Assembly (NCBI GenBank): GCA_963762145.1
Contig: CAVXJS010000011.1
Location: 1 to 64,000, forward strand
DNA: 64,000 bases
Direction: 5' to 3'
Origin: an uncultured Candidatus Rokubacteria bacterium
Lineage (GTDB): Bacteria > Methylomirabilota > Methylomirabilia > Rokubacteriales > CSP1-6
Shown: positions 1 to 10,972 of the stretch, one piece after another
How positions within the stretch are numbered: position 1 is the first letter of the stretch
Layout: each line of letters starts with the position of its first letter
Program-made: the position numbers and the translations under genes
The notes under the pieces: generated by a model
The model's input: only the letters and a program-made list of their open reading frames with translations
Databases searched by the model: none
Told to the model about the DNA's origin: nothing

Positions 1-573
1 TCTGCCCCTCGGCACCCGCATCGCTCACGACCAACTCGGCCTCGCCGTCAACATCACTGACCGCGGCCGGAATCACCTCGATCCGAGGGGCGACGTGGGG
101 GTTCGCTTGACGATGATCCTCCAGGCGAGCGATGTTCACCTCTCCCGGCTCAAAGGCGACGACACGGGTAGTCCCATGTCGGGCACACAGCAGAGACACA
201 ATGCCAACGTTGGCCCGATATCCCACACGTCCTTCCCCCGGCACTTCCACCGATCATCGCTCAACAGACGTACCAACCACCGGCTCACCCAGGGCTCGTA
301 GAGTCCCATGGGCACCCACAAATGATTTACGTGGGTCGCGCGCAGATGAAGCCCACGATACGGCAGTTCTTCGCAGTGTGCCATCCGAGCCGGGTCGCGT
401 TCCAGCCGAGGTGCCGGCACACGCCGGCGAACGCCCGCCACCGACGCGGCTCGGCGGCGATCCACTCCTTCAATGGCCATGGCTGGTTGACCAAGGCGTG
501 CAACGCCGTAGGCAAACGCTGGTCCTGATGCGGAACGACTGGCGGGGTTGTGGCCAGCACCGCTATGCTCCAC
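1..573 (-). CDS. FkbM-family SAM-dependent methyltransferase (frameshifted, runs off window start)
   Basis: Reading across indels near 170-215 gives ...GLYEPWVSRWL...DVWDIG(A)NVGIVSLLCARHG(A)TRVVAFEP, the FkbM DxGANxG...AFEP motif. The start is uncertain. Confidence 0.65.
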
Positions 574-1615
574 GCCTGCTCACTGCCTCGACCAGCAATC
601 CTTCCACCGCGTCAACGAGCGCCTTGGCGCTGAAACGAGCTTCGCAATCCGCGCGCGCGGCCGCGCGATCAATCCAGTCGAGGTTCCCCACCGCGCCAAC
701 AGCCTCACTCACGCCCCGGAGACGAACCCGTTCACGCCCTCCTTGATGACCTCGGGCACGCTCCCGCACGGAAACCCGATCACCGGCGTCCCGCACGCAA
801 ACGCCTCGGCCATCACAATACCGAAGGCCTCCTTCCACTGGATAGGAAATAGCCGAGCGCCGCCGCCGAGCCGAGCAGTTGATTCTTCTCGGCGTCCTCG
901 ACCGCGCCGACGTATCGGATGGCGGCCCTGTTGAGGTGGGGCGCAATCTCCTGCTCGAAATAGGCGGCTTCCTCACCCTGCGTGCTCCTGTTCCCGGCAA
1001 TGACGAGCTTCCGGCCGGCCGCTCGAGCAATGGCGATGGCGCTGTGGGCGCCCTTGATCCGTTCGATCCTGCCCATGAAAACCAGCGGGGCGTCGCGAGG
1101 AACCCGGGGTACAAAGGTGTACTTGCTGGTCTCGACGCCGTCGTACACGGTGGACCACCGCCCGCCGTACTTGCCCTGTCGGCCGCTCGTCATAGACGCT
1201 CGCCGACGCTCCCGCAAACCGGATGGAGCTTCCCGCGATCCGCACGGCCATGCACACACTCCGCCACGGCACCAGGTTGCGGCAGTACCGCTGAATTTTC
1301 GGCAATCCCCGGTACGGAAAGATCGGCAAGAGCGCCGCGAGCCGACCCCAGCTAACACGACATCGAGTTCCCGGCGTCGGCGCCAGAGCGCGTTACCCAC
1401 TTGCCACAATTCGGTGTGACGCGGCCGCCAGCCCAAGTGCGGCGGCGCCCCATAGGGAACAGGTGGCCTGCGGTCCGGCTATCCGGGTGGGCGAAGAGGG
1501 TCACGCGGTGGCCCCGTTCCGACAGTCCTGCGACGACGATATCCGCGACGCGCTCGATGCCGCCGTACAATCGAGGCGGAGGGACGTAGGGGTCAACCGT
1601 AATGGCAACGCGCAT
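563..1615 (-). CDS. GT4 glycosyltransferase (frameshifted)
   Basis: N-terminus MRVAITVDPYVPPPRLYGGIERV, internal LVFMGRIERIKGAH, and EAFGIVMAEAFACGTPVI (EX7E) across frames. Confidence 0.85.
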
Positions 1616-1622
1616 ACGGATG

Positions 1623-2787
1623 TCAGATCTTCTCGCCGGAGAGCAACGCGCCTCGGACGAGGGCCGCCACTTCGTCAATCGTGGGTGTCGAGCGGGCGAT
1701 GGCCGCGACCTCTTCTGGGCCGCCGCCGCAGTTCCAGGATCCGCGAACGCGAGCGCGAGCCGCGCGAGAGCTTCCGGGGTGTCGGCCATAGGCAGGCTCC
1801 CTTCCCGCCAGCGGTACCCGCGGCAACCGGGGGGCGTAGTCAGAACCGGAATGTGCCAGCTCAGCGCGACGGCCAGCTTCGTGCTGCATCCGCGCGCATA
1901 ACAAAACACGGGGTGCACGAAGCTCAGCCAGGTCGCGGCTTCTTTGTCCAGCTCTTCGTCGGAAAGGGCGCCCAGGTACCTGACCAGCCGAAAGCGCCGC
2001 GCCGGCCTCGGCACCCGCGGCCGGCGGTCCACCGACGACCCGCACTTCGATCTCAGGAGGAGCCAGCGGCTCGGTGCTCCAGGAACTGCACCAGCCCATC
2101 CCGGTTCGGGGGATGGTCCATGGTTCCCACGAAGCCGAACCGGCCCGGCACCGGAGACCAGTCGAGCGGTGCCCGCTCCGGAATGGTGCGCGGCAGCCAA
2201 CTGACCCCCTTCGCCCCTAGCCACCGCTCGATCTCGGTCTCGACAGATGTGAGGCAGAACACGTGGTCGATATGCCGCCGCTGAGCGAACTCCTCGAAGA
2301 GCTGTTGGCCGAGCGTGCGTTCTTCGCTCGCCGAGCGGCTTCTGGCACTCGAACGGGCCTGCACATCGACCGCATGGAGAAAATCGACACTTTCCAGGCC
2401 GTGAGACAAGAGCACTATCTTGCAAGCCGCGTCGACCCGTGCTCGGAGCAGCGGAGCGAGCGGTGCCAGGTTCACCAGATTCAGGAAGATGAAGCGTGCC
2501 CGGACCTCGCGGACGTTCATGACGATCTCGTCCACCAGCTCTGGACGCCACTCCGGCGGATAGGGACGAGGCCGCAGCCGCCGCACGAGCCGCGTAAGCA
2601 GGCGTCGGTCGTGCTCCACCGCCTTGATCGATACCGCAAACCCCGCGGTCCGGACCGTCCTCAGATACTCGCTGGTGCAAAGCTGCTGCCCGCCGAGCGC
2701 CGAGCTGAGGCCGTGCGCGTGCGCCACGAAGACCGCTGCCGGTGCCGAGCTCGATGCGCCGCGCGAGACGGTGCCGGGCGCGCTCAT
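1623..2787 (-). CDS. GT-B/GT4-like glycosyltransferase (frameshifted near 2050-1990)
   Basis: ORFs 2053..2970, 1352..2680 and 1623..2099 join: FGFVGTMDHPPNRDGL...GCSTKLAVALSWHIPVLTTPPG. The ATG overlaps the upstream stop. Confidence 0.7.
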
Positions 2788-4030
2788 GCCATGCGCTCCC
2801 CGATCATCTGTTCCGACAGTCCGACCAAGCCGTCGGCATATCGACTCCACGGGAACTCGAGGGCGCGTAGCCGAGCGTGCCGTCCCATGGCCAGACGCGC
2901 GTCCCGGTCTCGGTGCAGGAACTCGATGCTCGATACGAGAGAATCTACGTCGCGAATGGGAACGATGCACCCTTCGATCCCATCCCTCACAATCGAACCT
3001 GCATTCGGGGTGGTCACGACCGGTAAGCCCGACGCTAAGGCTTCATAGATCGCGAGGGATGACCCCTCGAACAGCGAGGGCAGGACCAGCACATCGGCGC
3101 CCTGGTAGAGCTCGGCCATCTCCTCGCCGGGGACGCGGGGCACGAGGCGAACCTTGTCCGCAATGGACGCCAGCGCCTTGGTCGGCACCGTCTGCGTGCC
3201 GACTACTGTGAGCGAGAGGCCGTGCAGGCGGCGCAGGCGATTCAGCGCCTCCGTGAGATACCAGGCCCCCTTCCGAATGCCAAAGTGCCCCACGAAGAGC
3301 AGGCGGAGCTGATCGGCCGAGCCGGGAGAAGACGCCGGCACAAAGGCAGCCGTGTCCGCACCGTAGGAGATGACATGGAGCTTGCCCGCGTGTACCCCTT
3401 CCTCGATCAGCGTCTTCTTGACGAACTCCGAGCCACAAACGATCCCATCCGCCGCTTCGATCTCGGCGTCCACGCTGGCGAGATCGCGTTCCGGGTACGG
3501 TCGCGGGTAGGGGTCGAAGTCGTGCCCAGACGCTCACGTTCTTCACTCAGAATTTGGTTCCAGATCCGCGGATGCCCGATGGTCTGTTCCAGTACGCAGC
3601 GGATACCCCGGGCCTTCACCTCCCTGAACGTCGTCAGGCTGGCCGTGTCGAAACCCCAGACGCAGTCCACGCCATCCCGCAGGGCCCAGCGGGCGACGTG
3701 TCTGGCGAAGCTCGCGTTCCCCCACTCGTTGGCGTAGTGCTCTAGCCGACGCTGCCCCAGACGCATGCCGATCCGTTCGACCCACTCCCAGTAGCCGAAT
3801 GTGCGGAGCAGTGCAGGATCCATCTCGGGATGATGGCGCCGTCTAAGCTCGCGCTCGAGCCGCCGGCGCAGGCCCGACGGCACGAATTGGAGCATCCGAT
3901 AAGGCCAACGGTTCGGATCGTAGAAGATGCCAGTGGCGTACCAGGCGAGCCGACCCGCGCGCTGGAAAGCCAGCGCCGTCTGGTACGAGTGCTGCATCCC
4001 TGGATGAAATACGGCGATGCGCGGGATCAT
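2784..4030 (-). CDS. GT4 glycosyltransferase (frameshift near 3480-3530)
   Basis: RIAVFHPGMQHSYQTALA N-terminus; LLFVGHFGIRKGA and VLPSLFEGSSLAIYEALASGLPVVTT in the C-terminal part. Confidence 0.85.
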
Positions 4031-4956
4031 GCGCGCCCAAGCCTGCGCCACGAGTAGCACAGTCGATGGGCCAACTCCGCGGCGGAGACGCCCGCCAACA
4101 TGAGGAAACGGGAAGATTCCAGCGGCTCCTCGTGAGGAGTCGCGAATCCCGTGCGGGTCGTGAACGCCGTTTCGAAGCCGCTCCCTTTGACCAGCGCCAC
4201 TGTGTCGGTGCTGTAGTCCTGGCCGGGGCGGCCATTAGGGTAGGCGAATGCCGTCACCGGCCGGCCGATCCAATCCTCGAGACGGGCCTTGCTGCCAGCA
4301 ATCTGGGCGTATTGCTGCTCCATGCTGCCTCGGGCGAGGATGGGATGGGCCGCGGTGTGCGCTCCGATCTCGATGCCCGAGATCTCCGCCAAGGCTCGGA
4401 GCTCAGCTACGGTCAGGGGCGCGTTGGGATCGGTCTCTTCCGCTGGCCGGGACCAGACCGCTTGCAGAGCCGCCCACTCGTCGAACGGCAGGGTCTTGAC
4501 CCGCTCCACCTCGTCCTCCCCGCGGGCCCGGGCCATCGCGTCGTACCAGAGAAGGCGGCGCTGACCGACCGGATCGCTGCAGACGAGCACCACCGCCGGA
4601 ATGGCGTAGCGCTCGAGAATGGGGCGGGCCAAGGTGAAGACCGTGCGATAGCCATCGTCGAAGGTGAACAGTACTGGGCGAGGCGGGAGCGATGGGCCCC
4701 CGGCGCGTGCGCGGCCCCATTGAGCTAGGCTGATGGGATGGCACGTCGCGCGTATGAGACGGCAGTGAGCATCCAGCTCACCGGCCCGCACATGCAGCCC
4801 CTCGAACGTCATGGTGCCGACGGGCCAGTCGTCGGCCCGGACTCCGTGGTACCCGAGCACCGCGACCCCTGGAAACGTATCCCGTCGGAGCCGGCGGGCG
4901 TAGTGTCCCGAGGTTAGGAGGGCCGATTTCGCGAGAAACGACAGCGCCCTGTTCAT
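4027..4956 (-). CDS. polysaccharide deacetylase (CE4/NodB-like)
   Basis: VLGYHGV, LFTFDDGY, IGAHTAAHPIL and FAYPNG motifs. Confidence 0.9.
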   Translation of the reverse strand: MNRALSFLAKSALLTSGHYARRLRRDTFPGVAVLGYHGVRADDWPVGTMTFEGLHVRAGELDAHCRLIRATCHPISLAQWGRARAGGPSLPPRPVLFTFDDGYRTVFTLARPILERYAIPAVVLVCSDPVGQRRLLWYDAMARARGEDEVERVKTLPFDEWAALQAVWSRPAEETDPNAPLTVAELRALAEISGIEIGAHTAAHPILARGSMEQQYAQIAGSKARLEDWIGRPVTAFAYPNGRPGQDYSTDTVALVKGSGFETAFTTRTGFATPHEEPLESSRFLMLAGVSAAELAHRLCYSWRRLGRA

Positions 4957-5687
4957 GCCATTCGCGAGGCGAGTGGCTTACGACACACCACGGTGATCAG
5001 CACGGGATACCGTGGATCCATCACGTCGAGCTCTGAGGGCGTCAGTTCTTCGAGCGCGAGCCCGAGCATCGCCGCGATCGCGGCCAGGCAATTGCCCTGG
5101 CTCTCCACCTGGATCTCACAGCCGGTCCAGACACGCCGGGTGATCTCGAGCCATCCGGCCGCGCTCAGATGCCAGTAATCGGGGTAATCGGGCGTCAACG
5201 GGACGAACCCGGCCGTGCTCGCGAGGATCACGCCTCCGGGCTTGATCACGCGGAGCGCCTGACGCAGGCAGCTCTCGACGTCCCGGAGAACGCACAGCGT
5301 GTTGGGCAGCAGGAAGCAGTCATAACGATCGTTCGGGATGACGGCCTCGGCGGCGGCGAGATCGCAGACATAAGTCGGGGTATGCGCCGGGTTGATGTCG
5401 ACGCTATCGACTTGACGAAGGTGATGACCATAACGCGTCGTGTATCCGGGCATTTGAATCTCGAGCACGTCACCCGTGATGAGCTCCTGGTGCGCCTCCA
5501 GGAATTTCGCCAGGTAATAGCGATCGACCGGCGTCCCACGATCGAAGCCGAAGTTCGTGGAGAACGGGGTGACTCGTCGGAGGTTTCCCCAGCGCGGCCA
5601 GCCCTTTCCGCGGACAAGGCAACGTAGGCGAGTGGTCCAGCGCGGACCAAAGAGCCTCTTGACCTCCTCGCGCAAGACGCGGCTCAT
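4953..5687 (-). CDS. class I SAM-dependent methyltransferase
   Basis: FGFDRGTPVDRYYL, GDVLEI and LRVIKPGGVILAS; coupled to neighbours by ATGA overlaps. Confidence 0.8.
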   Translation of the reverse strand: MSRVLREEVKRLFGPRWTTRLRCLVRGKGWPRWGNLRRVTPFSTNFGFDRGTPVDRYYLAKFLEAHQELITGDVLEIQMPGYTTRYGHHLRQVDSVDINPAHTPTYVCDLAAAEAVIPNDRYDCFLLPNTLCVLRDVESCLRQALRVIKPGGVILASTAGFVPLTPDYPDYWHLSAAGWLEITRRVWTGCEIQVESQGNCLAAIAAMLGLALEELTPSELDVMDPRYPVLITVVCRKPLASRMA

Positions 5688-7009
5688 GCCGTGTAGACGG
5701 CCAGATAGTCTGCCGCGACCTGGTCCATGGTCCGAGCCGGGGGCAACGCCAGCCGCCAGCGATCGATGGTCCCCGCCGGGTTCTCGGCCGCGTCGCGAAG
5801 CGCGCCCGCGAGAGCCCGCCAGTCACCGGGAGGGACCAGCCATCCATTGAGGCCGTCGGTGACCAGTTCAGCGATCCCGCCGATGCGCGTGCCGATCACC
5901 GGCGTACCGACCGCGTGCGCTTCAATGGCGACCGTGGGGCCGCCCTCGAGGCACACGGCCGGACAGCACAGGAGATCGTAGCCCGCCAGCACGCGAAGCG
6001 CCTCGGTTTCACTCACGGCAGGGGCGAAGGTGACGCGTGGATCACCCGCTACGAGCCCGCGGAGGTCATGCACGACGGCCCGCTCGGCGCTATTCCGGAC
6101 CGGACCGCGAAATTCGACATGGATCGGAACATCGGGGGGCAGGCTCGTCACCGCTCGCGCCAGGTCGTAGACTCCTTTGATGATATCGAAACGACCAAGA
6201 TAGCCGACCGTGACCGGCGGCGCCGTAGGACGATCCTCCGTGTCTGGCTTACGCGTGACCTTCTCCTGACTCTGCCCGAGGCAGTTCAGGACGAGTTTGC
6301 TACGGGGTGCCCCGTTGGCCACAACGGCCTCGAGGGCCCAGCGGGTGAGGAGCACGAACGCGTCGACTGTAGCCAGCATCTCCCGTTGCATCCCCTGATT
6401 TCGTGCGATGAGGTCGCCCATGGCGAGCGCGGTGCCGACCTTGCCGGGCAGCCCGCGGGCGGCCCGACCAAGCGCAGGCGGAATCGCTCCGACGATCCGT
6501 GCCAGCGAGCGCGTGAGCCCGCGACGCTGGAGTTCACAGGCGGCGCACTTGGCAGGCTCGCACACCCCATCGCAGAGGTGCTGCCCCCACCGCATCATGG
6601 TGCCGCGCTGGCAAACCCAGCCCAGGCTGCCGGCGTGGGTGGTCACGATCACACGGGCACCCATAGCCTTCGCTACTTTGAGCTCCGCCAAGCCGAGGCC
6701 AGTGACGAAAGTGTGCGCGTGAAGAACGTCGGGCCGCTGATTCGCCAGCCATGCGTGAAACAACTCGGCGCCCCGGACAACGACCAGTCCCTGGCATTCG
6801 GCGCGTGTCGGCGCCGCCGGGATCGGGTAGCGATAGACCGGTACGCCATGATGCTCGTACACGCGCTCGCGGCCGTGTGCGGGATCCGGGGCCGCCACGA
6901 GCACCTCGTGACCCGCGGCGCGCAGCCGGCGACATAGACCCGCCACGTATACTTCCGTGCCGCCAAGGCGCTCGGGATAGTACCAGCCCACCGCCTGGAC
7001 GATCTTCAT
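5684..7009 (-). CDS. GT4 glycosyltransferase
   Basis: MKIVQAVGWYYPERLGGTEVYV, VGYLGRFDIIKG, EGGPTVAIEAHAVGTPVIG, plus a Cys-rich insert (CQRG...CDGVC...CAAC). Confidence 0.9.
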   Translation of the reverse strand: MKIVQAVGWYYPERLGGTEVYVAGLCRRLRAAGHEVLVAAPDPAHGRERVYEHHGVPVYRYPIPAAPTRAECQGLVVVRGAELFHAWLANQRPDVLHAHTFVTGLGLAELKVAKAMGARVIVTTHAGSLGWVCQRGTMMRWGQHLCDGVCEPAKCAACELQRRGLTRSLARIVGAIPPALGRAARGLPGKVGTALAMGDLIARNQGMQREMLATVDAFVLLTRWALEAVVANGAPRSKLVLNCLGQSQEKVTRKPDTEDRPTAPPVTVGYLGRFDIIKGVYDLARAVTSLPPDVPIHVEFRGPVRNSAERAVVHDLRGLVAGDPRVTFAPAVSETEALRVLAGYDLLCCPAVCLEGGPTVAIEAHAVGTPVIGTRIGGIAELVTDGLNGWLVPPGDWRALAGALRDAAENPAGTIDRWRLALPPARTMDQVAADYLAVYTA

Positions 7010-7048
7010 GCCTTCACCGCGATGCAAGTGATAAGATCCCCCAGGCGC

Positions 7049-9025
7049 TCATGCGGGCGCCACTGTCTTCCGACATGCGTCGAAGGCCGCCAGCACCACC
7101 AGCGTCCAGGGCCGCGACCAGTGGACCCGGCCCGCCTTATACTCACGCCATATCGCTTCTACTGCGCTGCGCTGGAGCCACTTCGTCGACGTGCTGGCTG
7201 ACTCGAGATCTTCCGCGCGTTGCCTCATCCACAAGTCGAAGGGAAAGGTGAACCCCATCTTGGGTCGATCCCAGACTTCCTGGGGCAGTGAATCACCGAG
7301 CGCAGCGAGCAGCAACGGCTTCGGCCGGTCTCCGTCGAGCTTGAGCGCCGGGGGCAGGCCCATCACATATTCCACGAGCCGGTGGTCCAGATAGGGCACC
7401 CGGGTCTCGATGGAGTGGGCCATGCTCATGACGTCTGCGTCCTTGAGGAGCTGGCTCTGCAGGTAGTGAGTAAACTCGAGCCGCTCGAAGGCGCCGAGCG
7501 TCCCTCCAATCCGCCCGTCATCGACTGGCGGCAAGGCGGGGCCCCAGGCTTCGAATTCCGCCTGACCGATGCCGAGCAGATCCTGGATCTGCTTCGGGCT
7601 GAATACCCCGCGCACCAGGAGATAGACGTTGTCGAGCGAAGGCTGCTCCAGGTACTGGAGCCGGTTCAGACCTGGGCGGCCCAGCGCGGCCCCGCCCCGG
7701 AGCACCGCCGTGATGAGCCCCCGGCGCGCTTGGACGGGTACGGCGCCGAGCAGTCTCCGGAGCCGGTCGAGGGCCGCGCTCCAGCGGAAGTGGCTATAGC
7801 CGAAGAATAGCTCGTCACCGCCCGTCCCCGAGAGAACAACGGACAGGCCAGCCCGTTTTGCCGCCTCGGAGACGAAGTAGGTGTTCACCCCGTCCACCGT
7901 CGGCTGGTCCATCGCCGCGAAGATCCTCGGCATACCCTCGAAGAGGTCGTTCGCGTGGAGCACGACCTCGCGGTGAGCCGTCCCATACCGCTCAGCCACC
8001 ACCCGCGCGTAGGGCGCTTCGCTGTAGGCCGCCTCCTCGAACGCGATGGACAAGGTGCTCAAGGGGGTCCCGCCGAACTGGCTGGCCAGCGCCACGAGCC
8101 CCGACGAGTCGATCCCCCCGCTTAGGAACACGCCGAGCGGCACGTCGCTGACGAGGTGGAGTCTGGTCGACTCCTCGAGGAGGGCGCGCGTGGTCGCCGC
8201 GGCCTCGTCAGGACTCACGGCCGCGGCAGGGTCCGAGCGGCACCACGAATACGCGGAGAGGTCCCAGTACCGTCGAAGGGCCGCGCCCTGCCCATCTATG
8301 GTCAGGTAGTGTGCGGCGGGCAGCGCCGCCACACCCCTGACCGTCGTTCTCGGCACGGGCACGGAGCCAAGCTGAAGGAACCGAATCAGCGCCGTCGGTT
8401 CGGCCTCATCCGGGACCATGCCGCTTCGGATGAGAGCTCGGACCTCAGAGGCGAAGACGAGCCGTTCCTGGTCCTGATGGTAGTACAGCGGCTTGATCCC
8501 GAAGTGGTCCCGGGCCAGGAGTAATCGCGGGCGCGGGGCCGCCTCGAACACCCCAAAAGCGAACATGCCTCTTAGGCGCGCCACCACCGCGTCGTCCCAG
8601 ACCGCGTAGCCGCGGAGAATGGCCTCGGTGTCGGTTGTCGAGTGAAATGGCTTGCCCTGGCCTTCAAGCTCGGTTCGGAGCTCGCGGTAGTTGTAAATCT
8701 CTCCGTTGTGGGTGATCCAGAAGCGGCCGTCGGCGCTGCCCATGGGCATGCGCCCCTGTGCCGACAAGTCGAGGATGGAGAGGCGGCGCGCTCCCAAGAT
8801 CGCGCCAGGGCCCGAGCTGAGATCGGGATATGTGCGCAGATGCTCCTGAACGCCGGCCTGAAGAACCGACGGTAGCCCGACATTCGTGGCGAGCGAGGTC
8901 GGGACAAGCATCCCCCAGTCGTCCGGCCCCCGGTGGAGTTGGGCGTCCATCATCCGAAGGACGGCCGCCGCATCCTCGACGGTCGGACGGCCGGTCAGTC
9001 TGAAGATTCCTGCAATCCCACACAT
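7049..9025 (-). CDS. asnB: asparagine synthase (glutamine-hydrolysing)-family amidotransferase, EPS-associated
   Basis: MCGIAG N-terminal nucleophile Cys, HRGPD, RRLSILDL, NGEIYN, RDHFGIKPLY, LSGGIDSS, SGTGGDELF, ETRVPYLD and RPKMGF. Confidence 0.92.
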   Translation of the reverse strand: MCGIAGIFRLTGRPTVEDAAAVLRMMDAQLHRGPDDWGMLVPTSLATNVGLPSVLQAGVQEHLRTYPDLSSGPGAILGARRLSILDLSAQGRMPMGSADGRFWITHNGEIYNYRELRTELEGQGKPFHSTTDTEAILRGYAVWDDAVVARLRGMFAFGVFEAAPRPRLLLARDHFGIKPLYYHQDQERLVFASEVRALIRSGMVPDEAEPTALIRFLQLGSVPVPRTTVRGVAALPAAHYLTIDGQGAALRRYWDLSAYSWCRSDPAAAVSPDEAAATTRALLEESTRLHLVSDVPLGVFLSGGIDSSGLVALASQFGGTPLSTLSIAFEEAAYSEAPYARVVAERYGTAHREVVLHANDLFEGMPRIFAAMDQPTVDGVNTYFVSEAAKRAGLSVVLSGTGGDELFFGYSHFRWSAALDRLRRLLGAVPVQARRGLITAVLRGGAALGRPGLNRLQYLEQPSLDNVYLLVRGVFSPKQIQDLLGIGQAEFEAWGPALPPVDDGRIGGTLGAFERLEFTHYLQSQLLKDADVMSMAHSIETRVPYLDHRLVEYVMGLPPALKLDGDRPKPLLLAALGDSLPQEVWDRPKMGFTFPFDLWMRQRAEDLESASTSTKWLQRSAVEAIWREYKAGRVHWSRPWTLVVLAAFDACRKTVAPA

Positions 9026-9469
9026 CGCGCGAGCCCAGCGATAGACGTCAAGGGCGTGATCGTAGCACACCCGGGCGAAGCGGAGGAATCACTGTTCGTT
9101 CGACCACGCCGAGAACGCCCCCGGCGCACGCAGCGGCGGAGGTGAGCAGCCCCTCACCGCGACAAGCTCTTAGCTTGTCACTCCAGTCGTGGCCCCTTGC
9201 TCGACACCTCCGATGAAGCACACGATAATCGGCGAACGCCGCGCGGTCGCGAAAGCAACTACGCCGTGGGCCTGAAGCGAAAGCGCACAGGGCGCGCCCC
9301 TTTGAGGCTTTGGAAGATGAGTCGTGTGGCAATAAGAATGGGTACAACGAACTACGCGCTCGATCATATCCTTGTGGCTCCGCGTTCATCTCGATAGCGC
9401 GATTCTGACGAGCGCGTTGGCCGTCGTCGAACCCGCGGATCACATTCAGGACGGGGCAGGAACCAGGCA

Positions 9470-10160
9470 GTGACCCTCAAGCAGCGTTTTCGGGCGCTGG
9501 CTGTTCTCGCCCACATGCCAATCATACGGTTCTTGTTCGACATCTCCGCGTTGAGGCCAATGCGTTCCTGGTGTGGTCCGGCAATGCTCTGCTGCGCTGG
9601 CGCCGTCGGCGCCTCGCCACGATACACCGTGGTCGCGAGCAGCGCGTGAACATCGCGTGCGGGCCACAGATCCTTCCCGGCTTCGTGAACCTCGATCTGT
9701 TCCCAGGCCGCCGGGACGTCGTCGGATGGGGCTGCCGTCGGAGACTGTCGTTGGCCGATCGATCGGCGGCGGAGATCCGGGCCGAACATTTCATCGAGCA
9801 CCTGGAGCCGCGAGAGGAGCTGCCCGCGTTTCTCGAAGACTGCCGCCGACCGGGGTCTTGAGAATCATCGTCCCGGACGCCCAACGGTATCTGCGGGCCT
9901 ACTGCCGGGAGAATCTCGAGGGATTTCGTGAGCTAGTCGTCCCAGTCCCATTTCTCGGAGGATCTGCCTATGCGGATGGACATCGTCAGCCACCTCTTCC
10001 AGCAATGACATGAGTATCGTTGTTGGGGCTATGGCTTCGAGACCCTGATGAATCGGCTGCGGAGGGCAGGCTTCGCGTCGAGCGCGCCGAACACAGGTCA
10101 TACTTAGATCCTGATCTACCACGGGATCGCGAGGAGCACGCGCCATACTCTCGCAGCGGT
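9470..10160 (+). pseudogene. degraded class I SAM methyltransferase (Methyltransf_11-like)
   Basis: Fragments in several frames: VNIACGPQILPGFVNLD...AEHFIEHL...EDCRR / GVLRIIVPDAQRYLRAYC. Stops and indels are present and the 3' end is lost. Confidence 0.6.
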
Positions 10161-10850
10161 GAGGTAGCGGCATCTCTCGATGGTCGTTCTCGCATCGGCA
10201 CGGAGCCAAGCTGAAGAAATCGGATCAGCGCCTCCGACCCGGCCTTATCCCGGGGCTATGCCGCTTGGCAGGAGCGCTCGGACGTCGGAGGCGAAGACGA
10301 GACGTTCTCGGCCCTGGTGGTAGTATAGCGGCTGGATTCCGAAGTGGTCTCTCGCAAGGAGCAGTCGGGGTCGCGGGGAAGCCTCGAACAGCGCAAACGC
10401 GAACCTTCACCACCGCGTCGTCCAGAGCGCGTAGCCGCGGAGAATGGCTCCGGTGTCGGTCGCCGAGTGAGACGGCTCACCATGGCCGTCGAGTTGGGCC
10501 CGAAGCTCGCGATAATTGTAGACCTCCCCATTGCAGGTGATCCAGGTGATCCACAGCCGACCGTCCTCGCTGCTTATGGCATGCGCCCCTGCGCTGACAA
10601 GTCGAGGATGGAGAGGCGGTGGTTCCTGAGATCGCGCTTGGGCCTGAGCCGAGATCGGGATAGGTGCGCAGATGCTTCCGGCCGTTGGCCTGAAGAAGCG
10701 ACGATAGGCCGGTTTCGGCAGCGAGCGAGCCTGGAACCCTCCCCAGTTGTCCGCGCCCTGATCGAAACGGGCGTTTATCCGAAGGACGGCTGGAACGTCC
10801 TCCGGCGCCGGATGGCTTGTCAGTCTGACGATTCCCGCAATCCCGCACAT
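10140..10850 (-). pseudogene. truncated, decayed copy of the asnB 5' third
   Basis: MCGIAGIVRLT..., CNGEVYNYRELRAQL and ATDTGAILRGYALW. The DNA aligns by eye to 8300-9070 with many indels, and there is no synthase domain. Confidence 0.8.
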
Positions 10851-10972
10851 CCTTTTGGCCTCGGAGATGGGCCGCTAAACGGATCATCGTAGCACGCCAA
10901 GCACGGAAAACATTGTGTACCAAGTCACAGGCCGGCCGGATCGCCCTCGCTGCACTCTGCTACCCTTGATCC

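Noticed and set aside
7049-9025. asnB as a second lasso cyclase
   Set aside because: It has the N-terminal MCG nucleophile and a full glutaminase domain, and it sits among glycosyltransferases with no RRE or precursor nearby.
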